Shown here piece after piece: positions 31,958-41,500 of a stretch of 64,000 bases of DNA. Every line of letters begins with the position of its first letter. Within the stretch, counting starts at the first letter, position 1. This DNA comes from Alphaproteobacteria bacterium (lineage in GTDB: Bacteria > Pseudomonadota > Alphaproteobacteria > MPNO01): contig CBDFLJ010000001.1 of the NCBI GenBank assembly GCA_965248835.1, positions 928,001-992,000 on the forward strand, written 5' to 3'. The position numbers and the translations under genes are program-made. The notes beneath the pieces are model-generated. The model ran no database searches. It was not told the origin of the DNA and worked only from the letters and a program-made list of their open reading frames with translations.

Positions 31958-32824
31958 ATGGGCTGCGACTATTCGATCTGGGCCTTCGCCTACACCCGCT
32001 CCAACATGCCGCGCGATTTCTTCGGCGGCACGCTGGTGGAGAGCAACCGAGGCATGATCCGCAACCCGATGGTCTACACCGCCGTCTACGGCGGCGAGAC
32101 CGGCGCGGCCAAGCGGCTGGTCGTCATCGATACCGGGATGAAGGGCGGCTGGTCGCCCGGCGGCAAGCCGTATCAGGGCGTCGAGCACCCGCCCGAGATC
32201 CTGGCCAAGATCGGCTTCGCGCCGGAGGATGTCGAGATCGTCATCCTCACCCATCTTCATTTCGACCACGCGGGCAATCTCGACCGGTTTCCCAACGCGC
32301 GCTTTTATGTCCAGCGGTGCGAATATGACGGCTGGAAGCGGGTCTTCGCCATGCCCGAGATGGAGGGCGGACCGTCCTGGCCGATGTCCTCGATCAACCC
32401 GGCGGATTTCGAGATCCTCGATGGGCTGATCGCCGAAGGACGGGTCGCGTTCATCGAAGGCGATGCGGCGATCGCCCCCGGTATCCGGGCACGGCTTGCC
32501 GCGGACAGCCACACCTTCGGCTCGCAATGGATCGAGATCGAGACCGGCGGCGGGCCTTATGTCGTGGCCGGAGACTGCGTGTACTGGTACGCCAATATCG
32601 AGCGCATGTGGCCGCCGGGCTACGTCCAGGGCAATAGCTGGAACCTGATCGCGGCCTATAGCCGCATCCGCGCGGCCCTCGGCGGCGACCTCGCGCGGAT
32701 CGTGCCCGGCCACGACCCGCTGCTGTTCGAGCGCCATCGGAGCTGGGTCGACGGGCTGAACCCGACCGCGGAGGTCCACCTTGCCGCCGGCGAGGCTTCC
32801 CGGATACGCGGAACCGGATGCTGA
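31958..32824 (+). CDS. metallo-beta-lactamase fold hydrolase (AHL-lactonase family)
   Basis: VIDTG, THLHFDHAGN, AGD and PGHD motifs. Confidence 0.87.
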   Translation: MGCDYSIWAFAYTRSNMPRDFFGGTLVESNRGMIRNPMVYTAVYGGETGAAKRLVVIDTGMKGGWSPGGKPYQGVEHPPEILAKIGFAPEDVEIVILTHLHFDHAGNLDRFPNARFYVQRCEYDGWKRVFAMPEMEGGPSWPMSSINPADFEILDGLIAEGRVAFIEGDAAIAPGIRARLAADSHTFGSQWIEIETGGGPYVVAGDCVYWYANIERMWPPGYVQGNSWNLIAAYSRIRAALGGDLARIVPGHDPLLFERHRSWVDGLNPTAEVHLAAGEASRIRGTGC

Positions 32825-34407
32825 GAGCCACCGATGCCGTGCGCGGCATCGTCACCGCGCCGCATGGCCTGGCGGCGAGCGCAGGGCTTTCGGTGCTGCG
32901 CGAGGGCGGCAACGCGATCGAGGCGATGATCGCCGCCGCGGCAACGGTCGCGGTGGTCTATCCGCACATGAACGGGCTCGGCGGCGACGGGTTCTGGCTG
33001 ATCGCCGCCCCGGGCGTCGAACCGGTGGGGATCGACGCCTGCGGCGCCACCGGGCGCGGCGTCACGCCGGCGCTCTACGCCGGCGCGGCCGGGATCCCGG
33101 CACGCGGGCCGCTTGCGGCCAATACCGTCGCGGGCACGGTTTCCGGCTGGCAGGCGGCGCTTGCGCTGTCGATCGAATGGGGCGGGCGCATGCCGCTCGC
33201 CCGCCTGCTCGAGGACGCGGTCCACTACGCCGATGCCGGGTTCCCGGCAAGCGACAACCAGGCCCGCACCACCGCGCTCAAACGGGCCGAGCTGGAATCG
33301 GCCCCGGGGTTCGCGGAGACCTTCCTGATCGACGGCGCGCCGCCGGCGCCCGGCGCGCGGTTCCGCAACCCGGCGCTCGGCCGGACCCTGCAACGGCTTG
33401 CGGCCGACGGCCCCGACGACTTCTACCGCGGCGCACTCGCGCGCTCGATCGGCGCCGACCTCGCGGCGGCGGGGACGCCGCTGACCCAAGACGACCTCGC
33501 GGCCCATCGCGCCCGCCGGGTCGCCCCGCTCGCCCTGGCTCTGAACAGCGGCACCGTCTACAACATGCCGCCGCCGACCCAGGGCGTCGCCTCGCTGATG
33601 ATCCTGGGCCTGATCGACCGGCTGGGGATCGAAGACGCCGAGCCCGACGGGTTCGCGCATGTCCACGCGGTCATCGAAGCGACCAAGCAGGCGTTCCTGC
33701 TGCGCGATGCCCACCTGGCCGATCCCGAGACCATGGATGTCGATCCCGCGCGCTGGCTCGCGCCCCGGTTCCTGGATTCGCGGGCGCGCCGGATCGATCC
33801 CGAACGCGCCCTGGTGTGGCCGCAAGCCGCGCCCGGCGGCGATACGGTGTGGCTGGGCGCGATCGACGGCGCCGGACGGGCGGTGAGCTTCATCCAGAGC
33901 CTCTATTGGGAGTTCGGCTCCGGGGTGGTCCTGCCGGAGACCGGCCTGGTCTGGCAGAACCGCGGCTCCGGCATGCGTCTGGCCGAGACCGGCCCCAACC
34001 GGCTCGCCCCCGGGCGCCGGCCGTTCCATACGCTCAACCCGGCGCTCGCGCGGCTCGCCGACGGCGCGGTGATGGCCTATGGCAGCATGGGCGGGGAGGG
34101 CCAGCCGCAGACCCAGGCGGCGCTCCATTCCCGCATCGTCACCTTCGGTCAGGACTGCCAGACCGCGGTCAGCGCGCCGCGCTGGCTGCTCGGGCGGACC
34201 TGGGGCGAGGCGGCGACCTCGCTCAAGATCGAGCCCCGGTTCGATCCCGGGCTGCTCGATGCGCTGAAGGCCGCCGGCCACGACGTCGAGCCGGTCGCGC
34301 CCTACAGCGACCTCATGGGCCACGCCGGCGTCGTCATCCGCCGCCCCGACGGCCGGCTCGAAGGCGCGTCCGATCCGCGCGGCAACGGCACCGTGGCCGG
34401 CTTCTGA
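32818..34407 (+). CDS. GGT-family amidohydrolase, HpxW (oxamate amidohydrolase)-like
   Basis: VVYPHMNGLGGDGFW, TVAGTVSGW, GDTVW nucleophile, IQSLYWEFGSG, PFHTLNP and MGGEGQPQTQ motifs; no signal peptide. Confidence 0.85.
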   Translation: MLRATDAVRGIVTAPHGLAASAGLSVLREGGNAIEAMIAAAATVAVVYPHMNGLGGDGFWLIAAPGVEPVGIDACGATGRGVTPALYAGAAGIPARGPLAANTVAGTVSGWQAALALSIEWGGRMPLARLLEDAVHYADAGFPASDNQARTTALKRAELESAPGFAETFLIDGAPPAPGARFRNPALGRTLQRLAADGPDDFYRGALARSIGADLAAAGTPLTQDDLAAHRARRVAPLALALNSGTVYNMPPPTQGVASLMILGLIDRLGIEDAEPDGFAHVHAVIEATKQAFLLRDAHLADPETMDVDPARWLAPRFLDSRARRIDPERALVWPQAAPGGDTVWLGAIDGAGRAVSFIQSLYWEFGSGVVLPETGLVWQNRGSGMRLAETGPNRLAPGRRPFHTLNPALARLADGAVMAYGSMGGEGQPQTQAALHSRIVTFGQDCQTAVSAPRWLLGRTWGEAATSLKIEPRFDPGLLDALKAAGHDVEPVAPYSDLMGHAGVVIRRPDGRLEGASDPRGNGTVAGF

Positions 34408-34419
34408 CGCGGTTTCCGT

Positions 34420-35607
34420 TCAGCGGGCGCCGGGGCGGGCCGGATCCCCGCTCGGCATGCCGAGGACGCGGCGGGCGATGATGTTGCGCATGATCTCCGA
34501 GGAGCCGCCATAGATCGTCGCGCGGCGGCATTGCAGCATCAGCGCGGCGACCCCGACCGGGCCTTCGGAGGTGTCGATGCGCTCGCCGAGCGCGGCCTCG
34601 CCGCCGGCCGCCTCGAAAACCAGGTCCACGACGCGCTGCAAGGTCTCGGTCGAGACGATCTTCATGACCGCGGCGTCGGGGCCGAAGTCGCGGCCGGCCC
34701 GGACCAGGCCAACCGCGTGGCTGTAGGTCGCGGCAAGGCCCGCGACGTCGAGTTCGACGGCGGCCAGCCGGTCGCCGAAGGCCGGGTCGTCGATCAGACC
34801 GTTGGCGCGGGCAAGCTTGCGGGCACGCTCGAGCGCGTCGTAGCACACCGCCGGGCTCGCGGTGCCCAGCCGCTCGTGGGCGAGCAGCGAGTTGGCGATC
34901 CGCCAGCCGTCGTTGATCTCGCCCACCAGGTTGGCGCGCGGCACCAGCACGTCGTCGAAGAACACCTCGGCGAACTCGTCATCGCCGGCGATCGTCTTGA
35001 TCGGACGGACGGTGATGCCGGGACTGGCGAGCTCGACTAGCAGGAAGCTGATTCCGGCCTGCTTGCGCGGCGCGTGCGGATCGGTGCGCACTAGCATGAA
35101 GATCCATTGGGAATGATGCGCCCAGGTGGTCCAGATTTTCTGGCCGTTGACCACGAAATGCGCGCCGTCCAGCGCGGCGCGGGTGGCCAGGCTCGCCAGG
35201 TCGGAGCCGGAATTGGGTTCCGAATAGCCTTGGCACCAGTTGACCTCGCCGGAGACGATCTTCGGCAGGTGCCGGCGCTTCTGCTCCTCGGTGCCGTAGC
35301 GCATCAGGATCGGACCGATATGGTTGAGCCCCTGGCCGGACAACTCCGGCGCGCCGGCGCGGGCCAGCTCCTCGCGCAGGATGATCTGCTGGTTGATGCT
35401 CGCTTCCATCCCGCCCCATTCGGCCGGCCAGTGCGGCGCGATCCAGCCGCGCCCGGCGAGCGTCTTGAACCACCACTGGGCGTCCTCGAATTCCGGGCGT
35501 GTCGACAGCCCGCGCAGCCGGTCGGGCAGCGCGTCTTCGAGCCACGCCCGGACTTCGAGCCGGAATGCGCGGTCGTCCTCGCTGTCGGTGGTAAAGCTGA
35601 TCGGCAT
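34420..35607 (-). CDS. acyl-CoA dehydrogenase family protein
   Basis: WCQGYSEPNSGSDLASL, NGQKIWT and TIYGGSSEI motifs. Confidence 0.92.
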   Translation of the reverse strand: MPISFTTDSEDDRAFRLEVRAWLEDALPDRLRGLSTRPEFEDAQWWFKTLAGRGWIAPHWPAEWGGMEASINQQIILREELARAGAPELSGQGLNHIGPILMRYGTEEQKRRHLPKIVSGEVNWCQGYSEPNSGSDLASLATRAALDGAHFVVNGQKIWTTWAHHSQWIFMLVRTDPHAPRKQAGISFLLVELASPGITVRPIKTIAGDDEFAEVFFDDVLVPRANLVGEINDGWRIANSLLAHERLGTASPAVCYDALERARKLARANGLIDDPAFGDRLAAVELDVAGLAATYSHAVGLVRAGRDFGPDAAVMKIVSTETLQRVVDLVFEAAGGEAALGERIDTSEGPVGVAALMLQCRRATIYGGSSEIMRNIIARRVLGMPSGDPARPGAR

Positions 35608-35696
35608 CGGACCTCCGCGGACAGTCTAGCGCGGCCGGGGGCCGGCGCGAAACCGGACGATATGGCCGCCGCGTTCCGGACCGCGCCGATGCCCGG

Positions 35697-36683
35697 TCAG
35701 TTGATGCGGAATTCCTCGGGCAGGAACATCATCGAGTCCTGATCCTCGGCCACCGAGATATGGCATTCGTGGCAGAACTTCACGTTGGCGTGGCCCTTGC
35801 CGTTGGTGGTGCCGACCACCGCACCGTCGGGCATGATCAGGGCATAGCGCCAGTCGCCGCTGGCCGCATGGAAGCCGGCCTTCATCTTTTCCATCAGGAA
35901 CAGCGGCCCGGCCGCGGCGGCGCCCTGCGGCGTGACGGTGAAGCTGTCCTTGGCGAGCACCCCGCCAACCGACATCTTCCCGGCCTTCTCGTATGCGCGG
36001 TAGGTCGGCCGGGCGATGGCGTTGGCATAGTTGTTGACGAACCAGCCGCCATGGGTGGCGGATGCGTAGGGCCGGTTGTTGTGGATCGGCCATTTCACGA
36101 ACTGGCCGGCAACGCGGTTTCCGGCCTTCGCGTAGCCGGCCTGCATCTCCGCCAACAGGCAGTGGTAGACCGCGATCGCCTCTTCCTTGGTCAGCGCGAC
36201 ATCGGCGGCCGCGGCGCAGGGGTTGCAAGGATTGCACGGGTTGCGCGCGGCGCACGGGTTGCAGGGGTTGGGTTTGGCCGCGCAGGGATTGCACGGGTTT
36301 CTCGCCGCACACGGGTTGCAGGGGTTGCGCTTGACCGCGCAGGGATTGCATGGGTTCGCCGCGGCGCGCTGCAGCCGCGGCACAACGCAATTGGAGCTTG
36401 CCGCACTCGCGGCCGCGCACGGGTTGCAGGGATTGCACGGCTTCCGAGCGGCGCAGGGATTGCACGGGTTCCGAGCAGCGCAGGGATTGCACGGGTTCCG
36501 GGCGGCGCAGGGATTGCAGGGGTTGCGCGCGGCGCACGGGTTCTTCGCCGCACAGGGATTGGCGGCAACCTGCTTGGGGCCGGCGAAGACCGGGCCGGCG
36601 GATGCGCCCGTGCTCAGAACGCCGGCCGCCAGAAACACCGGGACGACCGTGCTGGACAGCAATCGGGATTTGAGCGGTTTCAT
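35697..36683 (-). CDS. exported cytochrome P460/c'-beta-like protein with N-terminal NPC Cys-rich repeats
   Basis: GGAGGA SD, signal peptide, NPC array (23 Cys), then [25 protein letters not shown] heme c motif near the C-terminus. Confidence 0.82.
   Translation of the reverse strand: MKPLKSRLLSSTVVPVFLAAGVLSTGASAGPVFAGPKQVAANPCAAKNPCAARNPCNPCAARNPCNPCAARNPCNPCAARKPCNPCNPCAAASAASSNCVVPRLQRAAANPCNPCAVKRNPCNPCAARNPCNPCAAKPNPCNPCAARNPCNPCNPCAAAADVALTKEEAIAVYHCLLAEMQAGYAKAGNRVAGQFVKWPIHNNRPYASATHGGWFVNNYANAIARPTYRAYEKAGKMSVGGVLAKDSFTVTPQGAAAAGPLFLMEKMKAGFHAASGDWRYALIMPDGAVVGTTNGKGHANVKFCHECHISVAEDQDSMMFLPEEFRIN
36216..36560 (-). repeat. coding repeat array encoding NPC / NPCAAR units
   Basis: Two blocks of NPC(NPC)AAR/K units separated by [17 protein letters not shown]. 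Confidence 0.9.
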
Positions 36684-36800
36684 CGGTCCTCCCTGGGCAT
36701 GGCCTGATCTGCGGAAGACCGCGCCGGCGGGCGGTTTCACCGCAGCTCAGAGTACCGTCGCAGCCGGCAGGCCGCGCATAACAAACGAGTCACGTTTGCG

Positions 36801-37658
36801 TTACCCGCCGGCCTCGACACGCCTGAGAAAGGCGAGCGTGACCTCGTTGAACGCCTCGGCCTTCTCGATATTCGGGCAGTGGCCGCAGGACTCCAAGACG
36901 ACCGCCTCGGCATCGGGGATCCGCTCGGCGAGCGCCGGCGCATAGCCCGGCTCGCGCAGCTTGTCCTCGGCACCGGCGACGATCAGGGTCGGCACCGCGA
37001 TGTCCTCATAGGGGGTGCTGTCGGGCGTGCCGAACCCGGAACCGCCGGCCCGGTCGGCCGCCGGCGAGCGGAACCGCGGCGCGGACTGGCATTCCCAGGC
37101 GCCCTTCATGGTCGCGAACGCCTGGCGCCGGGCGATATAGGCTTCATCATCGCCCCATTTCGGGTCGTGCAGCATCGCCTTGACCAGGGCGCTCATGGCC
37201 TGTTGCGTGCCGTCATAGGCCAACAGCACCTTGCGTTCGTCGGTCTCGGGCGTGAAGCCGCCGCCGCTGCACAGCACTGCCGAGCGCGCCGGGAAGATCA
37301 CCGGCCGCTCGGCGAGGATCCGGGCCAGGTTGCTGCCGCCCATCGAGTTGCCGATGAAGTGGGCCTCGGCGATCCCCATCACCGCGAGGAAACGCCGCAT
37401 GTGGCCGAAGACGCGGGCCCGGGCGTCGCCGAAATCGAACAGCTTGTCGGTCCGCCCGAAGCCCAGCCAATCCGGGGCGAGGACCCGGAATTCCGGCGCC
37501 AGCGCCGGGATGGTGTATTCCCAGCTTATCTCCGCGCAGCCGCCATATTCGCCCGAATGCAGCAGCACCACCGTCGGGCCGGCGCCGGCCTCCAGGTAGT
37601 GGGTGCGGATGTCGTCGACATCGACGAAGTTGCTGGCGATCTCCGTCATCGCGCTCAC
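36801..37658 (-). CDS. alpha/beta fold hydrolase (BphD/MhpC-like)
   Basis: GNSMGG nucleophile elbow, GAEDK and CGHCPN; GTGA overlap with LLM gene. Confidence 0.88.
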   Translation of the reverse strand: MSAMTEIASNFVDVDDIRTHYLEAGAGPTVVLLHSGEYGGCAEISWEYTIPALAPEFRVLAPDWLGFGRTDKLFDFGDARARVFGHMRRFLAVMGIAEAHFIGNSMGGSNLARILAERPVIFPARSAVLCSGGGFTPETDERKVLLAYDGTQQAMSALVKAMLHDPKWGDDEAYIARRQAFATMKGAWECQSAPRFRSPAADRAGGSGFGTPDSTPYEDIAVPTLIVAGAEDKLREPGYAPALAERIPDAEAVVLESCGHCPNIEKAEAFNEVTLAFLRRVEAGG

Positions 37659-38884
37659 CGCACGAATTCGACGCCGAACGTGCCGAGATTGACTTCGTCA
37701 TGCACGGGGACCGCCTTGCTCCGCTCCCACAGCTCGGCCGGGTCGGCGGTCGCGGTCAATTCGCGCAGCCGCGGATAGACCTCCTGGGTGTAAAGCCGCA
37801 TGGATTTGAGCGCGTCCGCGTCGGACAGAAACCCCGCCTGGCCCATGATCAGCATGTGGCCGAAGCCACCGGAATATTCCCAGAAGGCCTTGATCTGCTC
37901 GTAGACCTGATCGGGGGTGCCGGCGAAGACGTTGCCGCGCGCCATCTGCTGGTCGAGCTTGGGGTTCAGCGGCACACCCGAGCCGCCGGCGCCGCGCATG
38001 ACCATGGCGGAGACCTGCGGCGGGTGATAGCCTGGAGGGTTGCTCCATTCCGGCGGGACCTTGTTCGATTCCATGTACCACAAGAGCTTGCGGGCGCCTT
38101 CTTCGGCAGCGCGCTCGTTCTCGCCGACATAGCACAGCCCGAGATAGGCCAGCCGGTCGAGCGGTGGAAGCTCGCCGTGGGCATCCAGATAGGCTTGGCG
38201 ATAGCCGTCATAGATCCCGCGGATCTTGGGATAGCCGGCCAGGAACACGGCGCCGACATGTTTGTGCTGGGCGACCGGCACGGCGGTGCCGGCGCTGCCC
38301 ATGGTCACCCAGACCGGCGGATGGGGCTGCTGGTAGGGCCTGGGCCAGATATTGACCTGGCGGTGGTGGAACCACTTGCCCTCGAAATTGAACGGCCCGT
38401 CATGGGTGGTCCAGGCCTTGAGGATCAGGTCGTGGGCCTCCCACAGCCGCTCGGTGCCCTTGTAGGGCAGGATGTTGGCCGCGGCCGACTCATAGGGCAC
38501 GGCGCGGACGAACCCGCATTCGACCCGACCCTTGGAGATCACGTCGACCAGCGCCATCTCCTCGGCCACGCGGACCGGCTGATTGCGGTTGGGCAGCGGG
38601 TTGCCGAGGATCAGAATCCGCGCGGTCTTGGTCTGGCGGGCGAGGATGCCCATCATGATGGGCGCCGCCGGCACCATGCAGGTCGCGGTCTGGTGATGCT
38701 CGTTGAGCATGATCTCCAGCCCGATGTCCTCGCACGCACACCACAGATCGAGATAGCGGTTGTAGAGCACATGCGCCGTCTCGGGATCGCAATGGATGTT
38801 GGGCAGATCGACCCGGATCGACCGGTATGTGTCCGCATCCGGCAGGTCGGGGTAGCAGTCCTCGGTGAACCACCAGCTTTTCAT
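37655..38884 (-). CDS. LLM (luciferase-like) flavin-dependent monooxygenase
   Basis: NEHH, PVRVAEEMALVD and PRPYQQPHPPVW motifs; AGGAG SD. Confidence 0.9.
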   Translation of the reverse strand: MKSWWFTEDCYPDLPDADTYRSIRVDLPNIHCDPETAHVLYNRYLDLWCACEDIGLEIMLNEHHQTATCMVPAAPIMMGILARQTKTARILILGNPLPNRNQPVRVAEEMALVDVISKGRVECGFVRAVPYESAAANILPYKGTERLWEAHDLILKAWTTHDGPFNFEGKWFHHRQVNIWPRPYQQPHPPVWVTMGSAGTAVPVAQHKHVGAVFLAGYPKIRGIYDGYRQAYLDAHGELPPLDRLAYLGLCYVGENERAAEEGARKLLWYMESNKVPPEWSNPPGYHPPQVSAMVMRGAGGSGVPLNPKLDQQMARGNVFAGTPDQVYEQIKAFWEYSGGFGHMLIMGQAGFLSDADALKSMRLYTQEVYPRLRELTATADPAELWERSKAVPVHDEVNLGTFGVEFVR

Positions 38885-38899
38885 CGCCGATCTCCTGTC

Positions 38900-39676
38900 C
38901 TAATTCGCGAGCTCGAATACGGCGTCGACGAATGCATCGGGCTGCTCCATCTGCGGCGCATGGCCGGCCGCTTCGATCACGGTCATGGTCGCACCCCGGA
39001 TCATCGTGCAGAATTTGCGGCCGTAGTCGACGGTCACGATCCCGTCCGAGGCGCCCCAGATGAAGTGCGTCGGGACCCGGACCCGGTGCAGCCGGTGCGG
39101 CAGCTTCGGGTTGTGCATGTAAGGCTCCCAGGTATAGACGCCAAGCGCCACGCGGTTGCCGGCCATGACCTGGAGTTGCTCATCGGGGATATCGGTCGGG
39201 TGCGGGGCCATCGAGGGGTCGTGGTACGCCAGCTCCGCCAACCTCTCGTGGGGCAGTGCGAACACGTCGGCGATGTCGCGGTCCTCGCGCCCGCCGACCT
39301 TGACGCCGACGGAATCCACCAGGATCAGCCGCGCAAGCCGGACATCGTTCATCGTCGCCATTTCGGCTGCCGTCCAGCCGCCCATGGAAAACCCCATCAG
39401 CACCGCATCCCTGAGGTCGAGCGCATCCATGAGGTCGAGATAGAGGAACACCAGATCGTCGATCCGGTTGAAATGCTCCGGGATCCTGGTGCCGGCGAAG
39501 CCCGGGTGGACGGGCGCGATGACGTCGAAGGATCCGGCCAGCCGGTCGGCGAACGGCATCGCGGCCACGGGTCCAGCGCCGCCGTGCAGCATCAGCATCG
39601 GCGCGCCGCTGCCCTTGCGGACATAGGGCACCTCGATCCCTTGCAGGGTGATCGTGTTGGTCTCGCCTTCTGGCAC
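38900..39676 (-). CDS. alpha/beta fold hydrolase
   Basis: LHGGAG, GFSMGG, WGASD and AGHAPQME motifs. Confidence 0.88.
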   Translation of the reverse strand: MPEGETNTITLQGIEVPYVRKGSGAPMLMLHGGAGPVAAMPFADRLAGSFDVIAPVHPGFAGTRIPEHFNRIDDLVFLYLDLMDALDLRDAVLMGFSMGGWTAAEMATMNDVRLARLILVDSVGVKVGGREDRDIADVFALPHERLAELAYHDPSMAPHPTDIPDEQLQVMAGNRVALGVYTWEPYMHNPKLPHRLHRVRVPTHFIWGASDGIVTVDYGRKFCTMIRGATMTVIEAAGHAPQMEQPDAFVDAVFELAN

Positions 39677-39729
39677 GCTTTCCCCTCGGTTTCCTCTGCG
39701 CCGCCGGATTCCCCCGGCGCCGGGTGTTT

Positions 39730-39743
39730 GTTAGCTAGCTAAC
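39730..39743. promoter_or_regulatory. perfect 14-bp palindrome, putative repressor operator
   Basis: GTTAGCTAGCTAAC; AT-rich island 54 bp upstream of the hydrolase-LLM-hydrolase operon. Confidence 0.55.
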
Positions 39744-39810
39744 CGGTTCTACCGCGCCGTCGGCGCCATTGGCAACACAACCCGGCGCGGCGCGGCACCG
39801 GCAACATGCC

Positions 39811-41346
39811 CTAGCCGCCGTCGTCGGCAAGATAGGCCGCGCGCAGCTTGGGCTTCTGAACCTTTCCGGTCGGAGTCTTGGGGATTTCCGCGGTCATGCG
39901 GATCTCGCGCGGGCATTTGAACCTGGCCAGCCGCTCGCCGCAGAAGGCGGCCAGGGCCGCATCGTCGGGCGCCTGGCCGGAAGCGGGCACGACGTAGGCG
40001 ACCAGTGCCTCGCCCCATTTCTCGTCCGGCACGCCGATGACGGTGCATTCTCCCACCGCCTCGTGCTGCTCGAGCACGATTTCGAGCTCGCGCGGATAGA
40101 CGTTGATCCCGCCGGTGACGATCATGTCCTTGGACCGGCCGGCGAGCGAGACGTAGCCGTCCTCGTCGAGGATGCCGAGATCGCCGGTCCAGCCCGCCCG
40201 ATCGCCGCCGCGGAAATAGAGCGCGGTCTCTTCCGGGTTCTCGAAATAGCCCTCGAAGAGGAAGTCGCCGCGGACCACGATCTCGCCGATCTCCCCGGGC
40301 GCGACCGGGTTGCCGTCGGGATCGAGCACCCGCATGTCCACGCCGACCGCCGGGCGGCCGACCGAGGCGAACTTCTCCGGCGGATCCCATGGCTTGAGGA
40401 ACGCAAGCGGTCCGGTCTCGGACTGGCCGTAGTGATCGACGATGCGCACGCCAGGCAGCGCCGCCTTGCAGCGCGCAATCAGCCAGGCTTGGACATCCGC
40501 CCCGCCGGCGCCGATCTTCTTGAGGCTCGCGAGCTTGCCGGCATCGAACGTGCCGTCCTCGAAGACGCCGCGAAGCTGGACCGGCACCGTCATCACCGCG
40601 CTCACCCGGTGCCGGGCGACCGCTTCGACGAACCCCTTGGCATCCCAGCGCCGCATCAGCACAACCGTGCAGCCGCACAGGATCGCGGCCTGGAACCAGA
40701 TATAGAGCCCGACCGCGTGGTAGAGCGGGGTGACCGTGGCGACCACGTCCTCGGCGGTCAGCTCGTGCTCGATCGCCGTGGTATAGGCCGAGATGTGGCG
40801 CGCCCGGTGGCTGACCACCGCGCCCTTGGGCTGGCCGGTGGTGCCGCCGGTGAACGTCATCCCCACCGGCTCGGTCTCGGCGAGCCGTGCCGCCGGCGGC
40901 TGCACACCGCCGCCGGCCAGGAAGTCCTCGAACCGGACCGCGGCGAGCCCGCCCGGCGCACCGATCGCGATCACCGTCTCAAGGCCGGACATTCGCTGGC
41001 GCACCGCGGCGATCTTGTCGCAGCTTTCGCTGTCGATCACCAGCACCGGCGCCCGCGTCCGGTCGATGATGTTCACCACCTCCTCGGCCGCATACATGAT
41101 CGACAGGTTGACCAGCACGCAGCCCAACCGTGCGGCGCCGAAATGGACGACCGCATATTCGGCGATATTGGGGCACATCACCGCCACCCGGTCGCCCTTG
41201 GCCAAGCCGAGCCCGGCGAGCGCGTTGGCGAACCGGTTGGCCTGCGCATCCAGGTGGCCGTACGACCACGCCCGCTCGCCGCAGATCAGCGCGGTCTTGG
41301 CCGGGTGGCGCCGGGCGGACAGGTGCAGGATGTCGCCGGTGAGCAT
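39811..41346 (-). CDS. AMP-binding acyl-CoA ligase
   Basis: FTGGTTGQPKG, YGQSE, TGDLG and PKTPTGKVQK motifs. Confidence 0.92.
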   Translation of the reverse strand: MLTGDILHLSARRHPAKTALICGERAWSYGHLDAQANRFANALAGLGLAKGDRVAVMCPNIAEYAVVHFGAARLGCVLVNLSIMYAAEEVVNIIDRTRAPVLVIDSESCDKIAAVRQRMSGLETVIAIGAPGGLAAVRFEDFLAGGGVQPPAARLAETEPVGMTFTGGTTGQPKGAVVSHRARHISAYTTAIEHELTAEDVVATVTPLYHAVGLYIWFQAAILCGCTVVLMRRWDAKGFVEAVARHRVSAVMTVPVQLRGVFEDGTFDAGKLASLKKIGAGGADVQAWLIARCKAALPGVRIVDHYGQSETGPLAFLKPWDPPEKFASVGRPAVGVDMRVLDPDGNPVAPGEIGEIVVRGDFLFEGYFENPEETALYFRGGDRAGWTGDLGILDEDGYVSLAGRSKDMIVTGGINVYPRELEIVLEQHEAVGECTVIGVPDEKWGEALVAYVVPASGQAPDDAALAAFCGERLARFKCPREIRMTAEIPKTPTGKVQKPKLRAAYLADDGG

Positions 41347-41392
41347 TGCCTGGTTCCGTGACTCGATCAGGGAACGCCAATCCAACCGCAGC

Positions 41393-41430
41393 CGGCCCGG
41401 CGAATCAACGGCCCGGCGAATCAACGGCCC
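41393..41430. repeat. 16-bp tandem duplication in a divergent promoter region
   Basis: CGGCCCGGCGAATCAA twice plus partial CGGCCC. Confidence 0.85.
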
Positions 41431-41445
41431 CGATGCGCGACCGCT

Positions 41446-41476
41446 TTGCCTCCGGGCGCAGTTCGTCGTATAGAAT
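41446..41476 (+). promoter_or_regulatory. putative sigma70 promoter
   Basis: TTGCCT-17 bp-TATAGA (overlapping TAGAAT) upstream of the dioxygenase at 41501. Confidence 0.45.
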
Positions 41477-41500
41477 TGATCAACCGCAGAGGTGGCCGCC

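Noticed and set aside
31958-32824. Beta-lactamase resistance gene or confirmed quorum-quenching lactonase
   Set aside because: Only the fold-level HxHxDH motif is visible; there is no signal peptide and specificity cannot be inferred.
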